Below are positions 63,568 to 64,000 of a stretch of DNA of 64,000 bases, piece after piece (position 1 is the first letter of the stretch; the number at the start of each line of letters is the position of its first letter). The notes under the pieces were generated by a model that worked only from the letters and a program-made list of their open reading frames with translations, was not told where the DNA came from and made no database searches. The stretch lies in the IMG/VR virus record IMGVR_UViG_3300008954_000001; one strand, given 5' to 3'. The translations under genes and the position numbers were made by a program. The DNA comes from a virus (lineage: Duplodnaviria > Caudoviricetes).

Positions 63568-64000
63568 ATGAGTATTATCAACCAAGCATGGAACCATTTT
63601 GACAGGGTTCGCCAATTGTCGAGATGTGCTCCTTCAAGGATCAAGCAACTCGAAGCCCGACAATGGATGACCATTATTGAAACCCTAACTTCGGCGGGTC
63701 AAACGGCTGACAGCGGTTTCGATGAGGGCCTTCAACCGAATCATGGTGCCATGATGCGGGATGATAATGGACAGGATTACAGCATCCCTTCCATGAATGT
63801 TCAGTTGTGTACCATGATCGACTACCTCCATTGGGGTTCGCAAACCGTTGTGGTTGGGCCAAACATGCAAGAAGCCTTTGCGGATACGGAACTTGGGAAA
63901 GTCCCCGTCAGCCATCTGAAGTTCCCCTTCCCTTGCTACTGGCTTGCCCTCCCCGACAATGAGGACATCCGTATCTATGGTGGCGATCCCGAAGCGGTAG
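63568..64000 (+). CDS. Hypothetical protein, 3' partial (>144 aa; not in the ORF track)
   Basis: AGGAGG at 63555-63560, ATG at 63568, frame open to the window end (MSIINQAWNHFDRVRQL...FPFPCYWLALPDNEDIRIYGGDPEAV). Confidence 0.8.
   Translation, partial: MSIINQAWNHFDRVRQLSRCAPSRIKQLEARQWMTIIETLTSAGQTADSGFDEGLQPNHGAMMRDDNGQDYSIPSMNVQLCTMIDYLHWGSQTVVVGPNMQEAFADTELGKVPVSHLKFPFPCYWLALPDNEDIRIYGGDPEAV

Noticed and set aside
1-64000. Stop-codon reassignment, as seen in some large phages
   Set aside because: TAA, TAG and TGA all end genes followed by RBS-bearing starts, and coding density is near complete under the standard bacterial code.

Overview
Almost the whole window (1-61191) is one tightly packed, minus-strand run of 23 ORFs that reads as the tail module of a very large contractile-tailed (myovirus-like, probably jumbo) phage. 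In transcription order: tail tube, two tail-assembly-chaperone-like genes, tape measure (1515 aa), two paralogous tube-initiator-like genes, baseplate hub (1627 aa), central spike (783 aa), a three-repeat putative spike tip, a 4164-aa protein of unknown function, three helical unknowns, a gp25/W-like wedge, baseplate J-like (1161 aa), gpI-like wedge, and seven fibre/appendage-like genes. The last of these (>1513 aa) runs off the left edge and is absent from the ORF track. A divergent SNF2-family helicase and a partial ORF lie at the right end. No sheath, capsid, lysin, tRNA, rRNA, CRISPR array or mobile element was recognised. All product calls come from motif and synteny recognition by eye, without database searches. 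The most unusual points are the size of the module (eight ORFs >1000 aa), the 4164-aa gene inside the baseplate block, an apparently duplicated chaperone domain instead of a frameshift, and a CTATA motif recurring in six intergenic spacers.
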